Source: an uncultured Candidatus Saccharibacteria bacterium (GTDB lineage: Bacteria; Patescibacteriota; Minisyncoccia; Minisyncoccales; 2-12-FULL-40-12). Taken from it: DNA of 33,389 bases. Of this stretch, positions 1-8,449 are shown one piece after another. Position numbers and translations under genes: made by a program. Position 1 is the first letter of the stretch. Each line of letters starts with the position of its first letter. Under the pieces are notes generated by a model. The model was not told where the DNA came from, did not search any database, and saw nothing but the letters and a program-made list of their open reading frames with translations. Location: NCBI GenBank assembly GCA_964518135.1, contig CAZFEY010000004.1, forward strand, positions 1-33,389. Direction: 5' to 3'.

Positions 1-1064
1 GTAAGCTGAACATCCGCTGTGCCAAACTTCGCCGATTCAAAGAGAAGAGAAATTATTTGTGTTTTTAAAGTAAAAAAAAGGAAGCTTAAAGGAATAACCA
101 AAAAAACAATATGGCGAAACGCCAAAGAAAATTGCTTCAAAAAAACCGTTTTATCTTCATCGAAAAAACTTAAAGACAACGCAGGAAAAACGGCTGACGT
201 AAGCGGAATAGCGACAATCCCTATCAATATGGCAATAATGTTATTGGCAAGAGTGAAAATAGCTATACTGCCCGCTGCCAACGTCGAAGCTATTGCTGTT
301 ATAACTATTAAATTAATTTGTGAAGCAGCTAGCCCTAAAGACCTGGGAAGCATTAATTTGATAACTTTTACAACTCCTTGATGAAAAAAGTTAAAGACTG
401 GTTTATATTTAAAACCAGCGTGAAAAAAAACTGGCAGCTGAATAATCAGATGAATAGCAGCTCCTAAAACAACCCCCCAAGCCAAGCCAGAAACGCCCAT
501 TAGCGGCACTAGGAATAAAATTCCTAAAATAATTCCGATATTATAGAAAATAGGAGCCAATGAAGTAACTAAAAAGCGCTGAAAAACCTGTAAAACTCCA
601 GAAATGACATTACTCACCCCCAAGATAATGGGACTTAAAAACATTATCCTAGTCAATAGTATAGCCACCTCTCTTTTTTCGCCATCGAATCCTGGCGCAA
701 TCAGCGAAATCAACAATGGAGCTATGATTGCCAAAGAAGCAGCGACTATGATTAGAACGACAAGGCAGATATTTAAAAACGCAGAAAGAAAATCCCATGC
801 TTCTTCTTTTGAGCGCGATAAATACTGGGTAAAAACAGGGATAATGGCGGCCGATATAGCCCCCATTATCAAAACTAAAGCGATAAAATCCGGAATCTTA
901 AAGGCGGCGTAATATACATCCAATTCGTCCCCTGCTCCAAATTGGCGCGCCAAAAGCAAATCGCGCGCCAATCCCAACAAAGCGCTAATTAAACTAGCTA
1001 CTCCCAAAATAAAAGCGGCGAAATTAACGCTTTTTGTTTCCGTGTTTAAAATTTTGTGGATCAT
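1..1064 (-). CDS. murJ: Lipid II flippase MurJ/MviN (3' end runs off the window)
   Basis: Not in the ORF track. Manual translation from ATG at 1064 gives MIHKILNTETKSVNFAAFILGVASLISALLGLARDLLLARQFGAGDELDVYYAAFKIPDF, the typical MviN N-terminus, followed by hydrophobic helices. Confidence 0.93.
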   Translation of the reverse strand, partial: MIHKILNTETKSVNFAAFILGVASLISALLGLARDLLLARQFGAGDELDVYYAAFKIPDFIALVLIMGAISAAIIPVFTQYLSRSKEEAWDFLSAFLNICLVVLIIVAASLAIIAPLLISLIAPGFDGEKREVAILLTRIMFLSPIILGVSNVISGVLQVFQRFLVTSLAPIFYNIGIILGILFLVPLMGVSGLAWGVVLGAAIHLIIQLPVFFHAGFKYKPVFNFFHQGVVKVIKLMLPRSLGLAASQINLIVITAIASTLAAGSIAIFTLANNIIAILIGIVAIPLTSAVFPALSLSFFDEDKTVFLKQFSLAFRHIVFLVIPLSFLFFTLKTQIISLLFESAKFGTADVQL

Positions 1065-1133
1065 TTGATATCGTACAATCATTTTAATCCGACGACCATC
1101 TTTTTACAAGATGGAGCTTTTCAGCCAAATAGG

Positions 1134-1162
1134 TTGACAGAAAAAATATAATATGCTAGGGT
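1134..1162 (+). promoter_or_regulatory. sigma70-type promoter for the 162-aa ORF
   Basis: TTGACA (1134-1139), 17 nt spacer, TAGGGT (1157-1162) with extended TGn; strong SD AAAGGAGG before ATG 1261. Confidence 0.55.
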
Positions 1163-1260
1163 TTAATTATCGAACATTAAAAATCCTGCTGGTAGTTGAC
1201 GGCTATCCGTAGGTTAATATAGACTTTTTAACCGATATTCTTAAGAAAGGAGGAAGTGCA

Positions 1261-1749
1261 ATGATAGACTTTTTGTCTCTATCGCTCATCTTTGCTTCTT
1301 ACTGGGCGGCGGTCATCATCGAAAAATCTATTAGGCGTTGGGACATCAGTAAAGACCTCAATGTGCCACTAATCTTTTTAGCGGTCATGCTTCTTGTTCT
1401 AGCTGTACATATTGCGACAGATTCCCTACCTACAGCGTACGAAAAAAGCATCCAAGGACAGCCGCTCTCGACGCCGCCAGTGCCTGGTGATTATTCGATT
1501 GTCAGTGCCGAGGAAAAAGACGGGTTCTGGTATATTGTTACAGATATCAATGACGCGACAAAACTTGGGTCGAGCAAGGTTTCTCCTTCTGTTCGTTTCT
1601 ACGAATTGCCGGCCGAATCGGTTCAGATAGCACAGGAACCATCCAGAGTCCCACTGCTTGTCGTTCATGGAGATGGCAAGATCAAATTATATCTTCCAAA
1701 AGGCACTTCGCCTAGCCCAGTAGGAACTCCAGTAGTTATTACAAATTAA
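1261..1749 (+). CDS. Hypothetical membrane-anchored protein (two N-terminal TM helices plus soluble domain)
   Basis: 162-aa ORF with AAAGGAGG SD, its own promoter and terminator; no recognisable family. Confidence 0.75.
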   Translation: MIDFLSLSLIFASYWAAVIIEKSIRRWDISKDLNVPLIFLAVMLLVLAVHIATDSLPTAYEKSIQGQPLSTPPVPGDYSIVSAEEKDGFWYIVTDINDATKLGSSKVSPSVRFYELPAESVQIAQEPSRVPLLVVHGDGKIKLYLPKGTSPSPVGTPVVITN

Positions 1750-1768
1750 TCTCCGTCTAATTTCGCCC

Positions 1769-1791
1769 AAAAGCCTCGTCGAGGCTTTTTT
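1769..1791 (+). terminator. Intrinsic terminator
   Basis: AAAAGCCTC-GTC-GAGGCTTTTTT directly after the 1749 stop. Confidence 0.75.
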
Positions 1792-1811
1792 CTTTTACGT
1801 AAAGGAATTGA

Positions 1812-1888
1812 CCCGGTAGTGAATTTTGGACTCGCTTTGTGAATAGATCCACTTTAGATAGCGAGATCTTCCAAAATCTACTACCGGG
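1812..1888. mobile_element. MITE-like element, CCCGGTAG family, copy 1
   Basis: Ends CCCGGTAGTGAATTTTGGA / TCCAAAATCTACTACCGGG; flanked by TTGA (1808-1811) and TTGA (1889-1892). Confidence 0.8.
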
Positions 1889-1917
1889 TTGACAAACCAA
1901 CTTCTTTACCATATAAT
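1889..1917 (+). promoter_or_regulatory. Consensus sigma70 promoter of rnpB
   Basis: TTGACA (1889-1894), 17 nt, TATAAT (1912-1917), 6 nt before the RNase P RNA 5' end. Confidence 0.85.
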
Positions 1918-1923
1918 CTTATT

Positions 1924-2312
1924 GTCTTGGCAAGCTGGGGGGTTGCTGAGCATATAAGAAATTATGTGCTTGGAGGAAAGTCCGAACATTCATTTCGTTC
2001 ATAAGATCTAAAACGCTCCGGGTAACGCCCGGCCGCTGAAAGGCGAGGGGTGCGAACAGTGACGCCCTAGATACCGAAAGGTATCGGGCGCCCGTCCATC
2101 GCAAGATGGAATAGGGCGAATCTGAAGAGAAATCTTCGGAGTGAAACGGCTAAATCCCTGCGGAATGCAAGAATAACCCAAAAAGTTGCAAGCATGTAAT
2201 TTTTTGGTGAAAAGTAGTTCGCTAGATCCTAAGGGTAACCGAGGGACCAGATAGATAATCGTCGCCCCGCCAATGGCGGGGTACAGAATTCGGCTTATAG
2301 GCTCGCCAAGAC
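1924..2312 (+). ncRNA. rnpB: RNase P RNA
   Basis: Conserved GAGGAAAGTCC and ACAGAATTCGGCTTA motifs; terminal helix GTCTTGGC.../...GCCAAGAC; flanked by promoter and terminator. Confidence 0.96.
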
Positions 2313-2315
2313 ATT

Positions 2316-2343
2316 AAAAACCCGCCCATTTGGGCGGATTTTT
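2316..2343. terminator. Bidirectional terminator between rnpB and rnhA
   Basis: AAAAA-CCCGCCCA-TT-TGGGCGGA-TTTTT hairpin between convergent genes. Confidence 0.75.
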
Positions 2344-2362
2344 AATTTATCTATTAATCTGA

Positions 2363-2806
2363 TTAAAACAATGGATGAGTAATTTTATGACTATCCAATG
2401 CTTCGTTGGCTAACTTATCAGCATCTGTGTTTTTATTGCGAGAAATAAGCTTAAATTTGATTTTTTTGAAATCCAGCCTAAGATTCCATACCTGAATAAA
2501 CAATTGCTGGATTTTTGGTTCAAGAATTTTATACTCTCCATTGAGCTGCTTAACCAACAATTCCGAATCAGATCTTAATTCAATCTCTGTTGATTGAGCA
2601 AGCTTTTTGCCAAACAGGGCTTTAAATTTTTTCATAGCGAAGATTACCGCCTCGTATTCAGCTTCATTATTTGTGAGATTGTTTCCAAAATACTCTGCAT
2701 ACTTTTTAATAATCTCTCCCTTCTCATTGCAAAAAACTATTCCCCCACCGGCAGACCCTGGATTCCCCCTTGATCCACCATCTGTATAAATAATAATTTT
2801 TTTCAC
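2363..2806 (-). CDS. rnhA: Ribonuclease HI family protein
   Basis: YTDGGSRGNPG, TNNEAEY, SDSELLVKQ and N.xAD.LANEALD motifs; the GTG start overlaps the end of the adjacent repeat. Confidence 0.92.
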   Translation of the reverse strand: MKKIIIYTDGGSRGNPGSAGGGIVFCNEKGEIIKKYAEYFGNNLTNNEAEYEAVIFAMKKFKALFGKKLAQSTEIELRSDSELLVKQLNGEYKILEPKIQQLFIQVWNLRLDFKKIKFKLISRNKNTDADKLANEALDSHKITHPLF

Positions 2807-2929
2807 CCCGTTAGAAATCTGTCTTATATAACACTACGTTATTTTCGAACAGACCATTATTTTTAATTTAATCCCCGCTATTATAAGACAGAAAAAATAT
2901 ATTTTTTCTGCTCAAGACTTCTAACGGGG
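2806..2929. mobile_element. MITE-like element, CCCCGTTAG family, copy A
   Basis: CCCCGTTAGAA...TTCTAACGGGG termini, internal hairpins (TCTGTCTTATA/TATAAGACAGA), flanks TTCA/CTCA. Confidence 0.8.
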
Positions 2930-2930
2930 C

Positions 2931-4094
2931 TCATATTTTCGCGAAATACTTAGCAAGACAAACTTTAAATTTTTCCAAGTTTCCTACTTCGATCGAGAAA
3001 CCGGCTGCGGCTGGATGCCCGCCAAAAGTTTTCAATAATTTTTTACAACTGGTCATTGCTTTTACCGCATCTACTCCTTTGGGCATCCTTACGGCTCCAG
3101 CACCCAAACCTTCTTTTTTGTTAAAATCTTTTTGCACTAAAAACGTAGGCTTTTTATATTTTCCGCAAATCCTTGAAGCAACAGATCCTAATAAAGAATA
3201 TTGCCATTTGTTTTTCGACTCAAAAATAATCGGATCTTTTATATTTTTAATAACAAGTCTTTCAACCTCATTAGTAATCTCTTTGACCCTCTTTTGTCGT
3301 TGAATTTTTTGCTTAATTAGACTTTTAGCCAAAGACGTTATGGTCTTTTTACTATCTGATACCAATAAAGAATATATGGCATTTATGTGATTTTTTGCAT
3401 CGCCCGAATTAAGAATAGCGACTATTTTCTGGGCAACTTCTCTTGGTGGCGCAGATTTTAGGCTTTTATCCAATTCAAAAAAGATTTTCAAACTAGGCCT
3501 TGTTGGTGTTTTTAATCCCTGTAAACCCTTTTCGATTATATCTTGATTGTCGTCAGTCTGAATCATCATATCGGCTATTGTCGCCAAAGCTGCAATTTCA
3601 AAAAAATTCCTTTCTTTAATGATTGAGGAATTCTCTCCCAATAACTCAAAAACAAGCTTAAGCGCTAATCCTCCGGCAGCCAATTCCTTAAATCGATACC
3701 TGTCTCCCGGTTGCTTTGGGTCTACTATTATATGGGCCGTTGGCAGTTTGCCCAAAATAATATGATGATCAATAATTATGATCTCAAAGCCCAATTTTCT
3801 GGCAAGCTTTATTTCCTGAAAATTACCAATACCGCAATCTAGCAAAATCAAGAGGGCGGGAGCTTTTGACTTAAGATTATTCACTGCCTGCTCGTTTAAA
3901 CCATGTCTTTCTTTATTCCTGTCTGGAAAATAAACAGCGTCTACCCTACCTCCCAAGGATTCTATACTTTCTTTTGTGATAACGGTGGCTGAAGCTCCAT
4001 CCAAGTCTGAATCTCCGTATAAAATTATCTTCTCGTTGTTTTTAATTGCCCTTTTTATCCTTAGGGCGGCTTTTTTAAGATTTTTTATCGGCAT
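2931..4094 (-). CDS. recJ: RecJ-like single-stranded DNA exonuclease (DHH/DHHA1), short form
   Basis: YGDSDLDG, LLDCG, IIDHH, ATIADM and FGGHPAAAGF motifs; ends without the C-terminal OB region of long RecJ proteins. Confidence 0.82.
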   Translation of the reverse strand: MPIKNLKKAALRIKRAIKNNEKIILYGDSDLDGASATVITKESIESLGGRVDAVYFPDRNKERHGLNEQAVNNLKSKAPALLILLDCGIGNFQEIKLARKLGFEIIIIDHHIILGKLPTAHIIVDPKQPGDRYRFKELAAGGLALKLVFELLGENSSIIKERNFFEIAALATIADMMIQTDDNQDIIEKGLQGLKTPTRPSLKIFFELDKSLKSAPPREVAQKIVAILNSGDAKNHINAIYSLLVSDSKKTITSLAKSLIKQKIQRQKRVKEITNEVERLVIKNIKDPIIFESKNKWQYSLLGSVASRICGKYKKPTFLVQKDFNKKEGLGAGAVRMPKGVDAVKAMTSCKKLLKTFGGHPAAAGFSIEVGNLEKFKVCLAKYFAKI

Positions 4095-4214
4095 AATTTT
4101 TCAATTCAAGATTATATACACATTACATATTAACGAATCTTCTCAATTCAAAATATATATTTATACACTAGCGAATCTTGTAATTTTACTATAAAGTATT
4201 GCAAAAATACAACA

Positions 4215-4246
4215 AAAAACCGTATTCCTTTAAAAAATACGGGTTT
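4215..4246 (-). terminator. Probable terminator after pgk
   Basis: AAAAAACCGTATT...AATACGGGTTT inverted repeat with a U-tract on the minus strand. Confidence 0.55.
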
Positions 4247-4261
4247 AATCATAAGAAATAT

Positions 4262-5428
4262 TTATTTATCAATAGCCTTAATCCCAGGCAAATTTTCACC
4301 AGACAAAAAATCCAGCATTGCTCCACCGCCGGTAGAAACATGATCAAACTTATCAACTAGCCCAAATTTAGAAATCGCATCTATTGTTTCGCCCCCTCCT
4401 ACAACTTTGAAAGCGGATTGATTCCTCGTAATAGCTTGGGCTATTTCCCTCGTTCCCCGTTCAAATCTTTTATCTTCAGATAATCCCATAGGGCCGTTCC
4501 AAACAATCATTTTTGCTTGCCCAATAATTTCTTTAAAAATCTTCACCGTTTCCGAACCTATATCCAGTACCGATTCTTCTTTTTTCGCCGTACCAATTGC
4601 TCCTTGGCGCACCGCATCTTTTTCCTTTTCCAAAACAATAGTGCCATCAACCGGCAAATGAATTTTAGGGTCAGTTAGATTTATTTTACCAATAGCAGCT
4701 AAAACATTTTCTTTTGGCAGAGGAAAACCAACCATTATGTCCTTGCCTATTAAAATAGTATTAGCTATGGCTCCGCCGATTAGTACATGGTCGGCTATTT
4801 TTAAAAATCTTTCAATCATTTTAACCTTGGTTTCAATTTTAACGCCGCCGACTATCACAACTAACGGATGCCAAGGATTTTCTAAAACATTTGAAAGCAC
4901 TTTAATCTCTTTTGCCAAAAGAAATCCGCTACCAGAAGGCAGATATTTTGGAATACCCACTACTGACGCATGACTTCTATGGCACACGCCAAAAGCATCA
5001 TTTATATAAATATCTCCTAATTGAGATAACTTTTGGGCAAATTCCTCATCGCTTGCCTCTTCTTCTTTATAAAATCTGATATTCTCCAACAACAACACTT
5101 CGCCTTCTTTCATTTTTTCAATTTCGCCCTCAACTCTTTCACCCAAACACTCGTTGGTTTTTGAAACCTCGACACTCAAACAAGAGGATAAACATTTTGC
5201 AATATTATTTAAACGCAGGTTTTCTACAACTTTACCGTCCGGATCTCCAAGATGAGTTATTATAATTACTCTCGCCTTGTTTTTGATCAAATACTCAATC
5301 GTAGGAACTGCTTGCTTTATTCTAAAATCATTCAGAATTTCACCATCATCAGCCAAAGGAACATTAAAATCACACCTTAGTAAAACTTTTTTGCCTCGAT
5401 ATTCAAAATCTTCCAGATTTTTTATCAT
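4262..5428 (-). CDS. pgk: Phosphoglycerate kinase
   Basis: RCDFNVP, LLENIRF, NDAFG, WNGPMG and HVSTGGGA motifs. Confidence 0.97.
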   Translation of the reverse strand: MIKNLEDFEYRGKKVLLRCDFNVPLADDGEILNDFRIKQAVPTIEYLIKNKARVIIITHLGDPDGKVVENLRLNNIAKCLSSCLSVEVSKTNECLGERVEGEIEKMKEGEVLLLENIRFYKEEEASDEEFAQKLSQLGDIYINDAFGVCHRSHASVVGIPKYLPSGSGFLLAKEIKVLSNVLENPWHPLVVIVGGVKIETKVKMIERFLKIADHVLIGGAIANTILIGKDIMVGFPLPKENVLAAIGKINLTDPKIHLPVDGTIVLEKEKDAVRQGAIGTAKKEESVLDIGSETVKIFKEIIGQAKMIVWNGPMGLSEDKRFERGTREIAQAITRNQSAFKVVGGGETIDAISKFGLVDKFDHVSTGGGAMLDFLSGENLPGIKAIDK

Positions 5429-5431
5429 AAA

Positions 5432-7102
5432 CTATTCCTTTTTGTCTGAACCAATATTGCCAAGCGTTTCATCTAGTAACTGTTTTAATTCTTGAACATT
5501 CACGTTCGGCTGTTTTTTTTCTTTTTCTTTCGGCAAAAAACGCGGTATAGACGCTTCAACATTTTTTCTAGAGGAAAAAGCAGAAGATTCCCTATTGATT
5601 GTTTCCGCTAAAGACATTGGCGCTGAATCTTGCTTGCTTTCCCGCTCCGCGTCTTGTTTTTTAATAAACTTATTCCTGCAAGATTTGCAGTATACCGGCT
5701 TTCTACCGTCGGGCTGAAAAACGACTTTCGTCCATTTACCACATGAAGAACATTTAGCATCGTAAAGAGTCGGACCGGCTGACGGCAATGGACCTTGCAA
5801 CGGAGTGCTTGATTCCGAAAGCCATCTGCTAATCTTTTCTTCTACGGCTTTAATCGGCGTTCCATATCTCTCGCGAGAAACATTAATAATTTTATCCCTG
5901 TTGGATTCTTCAAGCGGGGCTATGGGCGGCAGAGTTTGAGCCGAGAAAGGCTTGCCCGCTATACCATCAATCATCAATTTTAAAAAGATGCTGTATTTTC
6001 CTAAATCCACAATATCCGTAGCCATAACCTGGGGCATAAATTCTTTTTCCAAAAACTCTGCATCTTCAGCGCCAACCCGAAAAGTAATTAAAGTGCCCAC
6101 ATTTCCAAAAACAGCATCTCCAACTTCTTCTTCCATCTGCGCTATGTATTGATGCCCCAAAATTAAACAAAGGCGATACTTTCTTGCTTCAGACAAAATA
6201 TTGATAAAACTTCTTGTGGCGAAGTTTTGAAATTCATCAACGTATAAGAAGAAATCTTTTCTATCATCTTCGGGAATATCTACTCTGGACATTGCGGCCA
6301 ATTGCAATTTCGTAATCAAAAGGGCTCCCAATAACAAAGAATTATCTTCTCCAATTCTTCCTTTCGACAAATTAAGAATAAGAATTTTCCCTTGATCCAT
6401 CGCGTCTCTCATATTAATACTCGATCTTGTTTGCCCGATAATATTTCTAACTAAAGGCGCTGAAATAAACTGTCCCACCTTGTTCTGGATAGCGGCCGTA
6501 GCTTCTGTCTCGTATCGCTGGGAATAACGCGCGAATTCTGTTGTCCAGAAAGCTTTAACTACCGGATCTGTTATTCTTTCAACTACTTTTTTTCTATATT
6601 CAGGATCCCCTAACATTCTATTCACACCCAAAAGCGTAGAACCCGGATATTCTAAGAGAGCCAGTATAGAATTATTTAAAATATATTCCATACGGGGCGA
6701 CCAAACATCGGGCCAGATTTTTTTAAAAACGCCCATAAGACCTGAAGCCACTAAATGCCTATGTGCCGGATCTACTTTTTCCATTACATTAAAGGCAATC
6801 GGGCATTCTAGATCGGCCGGGTTGAAATAAATAACATCGTTAACCCTGCTGGATGGAATAAAATCAAGTAATTTTTCTGCCGCCTCTCCATGCGGATCAA
6901 CAAAACCGACACCGCGACCAGCCTGAATATCTTGCACCACCATATTTTCCAACATAGCGGTCTTTCCCATACCGGTCTTTCCAACAATATAAACATGTCT
7001 TCTCCTGTCATCAGTTTTAATGCCAAACTTACGTCTCTGATTCCGAAACGTTGTTATTCCAAAAAAATTTATATCGTTATTCTCGTCCATTTTTTCGTCC
7101 AT
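5432..7102 (-). CDS. VirD4/TrwB/HerA-like P-loop ATPase with C-terminal CxxC-x17-CxxC zinc ribbon
   Basis: Walker A GKTGMGKT, DPHGE, Walker B LYVDEFQNF, SEARKY; C-terminal CSSCGKWTKVVFQPDGRKPVYCKSC. Confidence 0.85.
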   Translation of the reverse strand: MDEKMDENNDINFFGITTFRNQRRKFGIKTDDRRRHVYIVGKTGMGKTAMLENMVVQDIQAGRGVGFVDPHGEAAEKLLDFIPSSRVNDVIYFNPADLECPIAFNVMEKVDPAHRHLVASGLMGVFKKIWPDVWSPRMEYILNNSILALLEYPGSTLLGVNRMLGDPEYRKKVVERITDPVVKAFWTTEFARYSQRYETEATAAIQNKVGQFISAPLVRNIIGQTRSSINMRDAMDQGKILILNLSKGRIGEDNSLLLGALLITKLQLAAMSRVDIPEDDRKDFFLYVDEFQNFATRSFINILSEARKYRLCLILGHQYIAQMEEEVGDAVFGNVGTLITFRVGAEDAEFLEKEFMPQVMATDIVDLGKYSIFLKLMIDGIAGKPFSAQTLPPIAPLEESNRDKIINVSRERYGTPIKAVEEKISRWLSESSTPLQGPLPSAGPTLYDAKCSSCGKWTKVVFQPDGRKPVYCKSCRNKFIKKQDAERESKQDSAPMSLAETINRESSAFSSRKNVEASIPRFLPKEKEKKQPNVNVQELKQLLDETLGNIGSDKKE

Positions 7103-7138
7103 TTTCTAAAAATTATTTGTTTCAACGATTCACTGCGT

Positions 7139-8449
7139 TTATTCTATTGGCAATCCGCTAGGAGCTTCTCTTTTTCTTGTTTCAACTCTTTCAACCGAAG
7201 ACGTTGGAGCAACGCCCGCACTCGGGAAATGATACAGGGTGGCTAATTCTTCCGTGTTTAAAATATATGTTCCTCCCGGGCGCGGAAAAAAAGGGGTCCA
7301 TCTACCTCGATAATACCTGATTAATTTTCTCTTCTTGAGGAAAGTTAATCTTTTATCCAAAAACCAAAGCCAAATTTCTTTTGACTTTGTCATTGTTATT
7401 TTCATTGGTTTTAAACCTCCTAAGTTTTCACTAGAAGTCGCTTTGAAAAAACCGTAGATAGCGCGCGACCTCGGCTTGAAAAAAGCGTCTTTTGTGCCAA
7501 GATATATTGTTCTAACGTGACAGCTGTAAGCAAACTTCGAAATCTTTTGCTCGATCGCCTGTACTATTTCTCTTTCTCCAGGGGTCAATTTCATTTCCGG
7601 AGGAATAACATCTTTCTCCGCCTCTTTCATCGCCGTTGGCTTCCCAGTCACAACTACCTGTACCGCTTCCGTAATCATTGGTGGGGGTGGCGGTGGGGCT
7701 TCTGGCCTTCTAACCAATCTATCTCTTTCCTTTATAGCTTCTTTGATCCAAGGAGTATCGCTCTCTCGAATGGGCCTACAAATAATTTGCAACCATGCCT
7801 GTTCGCCAGGATTTAAAGTCGCCAAGGCCTCTAATAATCCAGACAAAGGATCTACCATCTTTCCCTCCGTTCTCTCTGCTTCGTTTTCAAATGCAAGGTA
7901 TGTTTTTAATGGATATCCTGAATTCTTAGTATATTCCCAGCTCATTCCAAATAGATCCCAATCCCTATTTGGGATATCCATAGGCACTTGCTTTGTATAA
8001 TCTTCTACCTGTATAATTTCTACCTCTGGATACTGAGAATAAATATTGGACTCAATAACATCACGGAAAATTTCTGGCAGCCGAATAAAAAAATGAATTT
8101 TTCCATCAATGCTGGCTATTTCTAAAGAAATACTAAGCTGAAATTGCCCCTCTATGTATTTTTCCCGCCATACCGTAACGTCGTGTATGGCATGAAATCC
8201 AGCAAGAACATAATCCATTGCCTTTATGGGCTTTTCAATAATCTCTGGTAGTTTTATTTCTAGAATAATTTTCTTAACAGTAGAATCCCATACAACATTT
8301 CTCCAAAAGATATATTGATATTTAAAAGTTCCCCAAAGTAAAAATGGCGGGAAGACCCACCACCAAACCTCAAAAACTTTCCAGAATTCATTCAAGAATG
8401 GCAAAACTGGAGATATTAAGCTCAAAAATTCTGGCGGGAAAAAAGACAT
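7139..8449 (-). CDS. Conserved hypothetical membrane-anchored protein, partner of the adjacent ATPase
   Basis: 436 aa with aromatic N-terminal TM segment, SLEIAS, IYSQYP and LNTEELATLYHFP motifs; start overlaps the upstream stop (TAATG). Confidence 0.78.
   Translation of the reverse strand: MSFFPPEFLSLISPVLPFLNEFWKVFEVWWWVFPPFLLWGTFKYQYIFWRNVVWDSTVKKIILEIKLPEIIEKPIKAMDYVLAGFHAIHDVTVWREKYIEGQFQLSISLEIASIDGKIHFFIRLPEIFRDVIESNIYSQYPEVEIIQVEDYTKQVPMDIPNRDWDLFGMSWEYTKNSGYPLKTYLAFENEAERTEGKMVDPLSGLLEALATLNPGEQAWLQIICRPIRESDTPWIKEAIKERDRLVRRPEAPPPPPPMITEAVQVVVTGKPTAMKEAEKDVIPPEMKLTPGEREIVQAIEQKISKFAYSCHVRTIYLGTKDAFFKPRSRAIYGFFKATSSENLGGLKPMKITMTKSKEIWLWFLDKRLTFLKKRKLIRYYRGRWTPFFPRPGGTYILNTEELATLYHFPSAGVAPTSSVERVETRKREAPSGLPIE

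Noticed and set aside
19-912. Plus-strand ORFs 19-381 and 604-912
   Set aside because: Antisense shadows of murJ, which has clear family motifs on the minus strand.
1919-2104. 61-aa minus-strand ORF
   Set aside because: Lies antisense within the RNase P RNA gene.
5432-8449. Conjugative element / T4SS island
   Set aside because: No relaxase, VirB core genes, integrase or att sites; the genes are tightly coupled to housekeeping genes.
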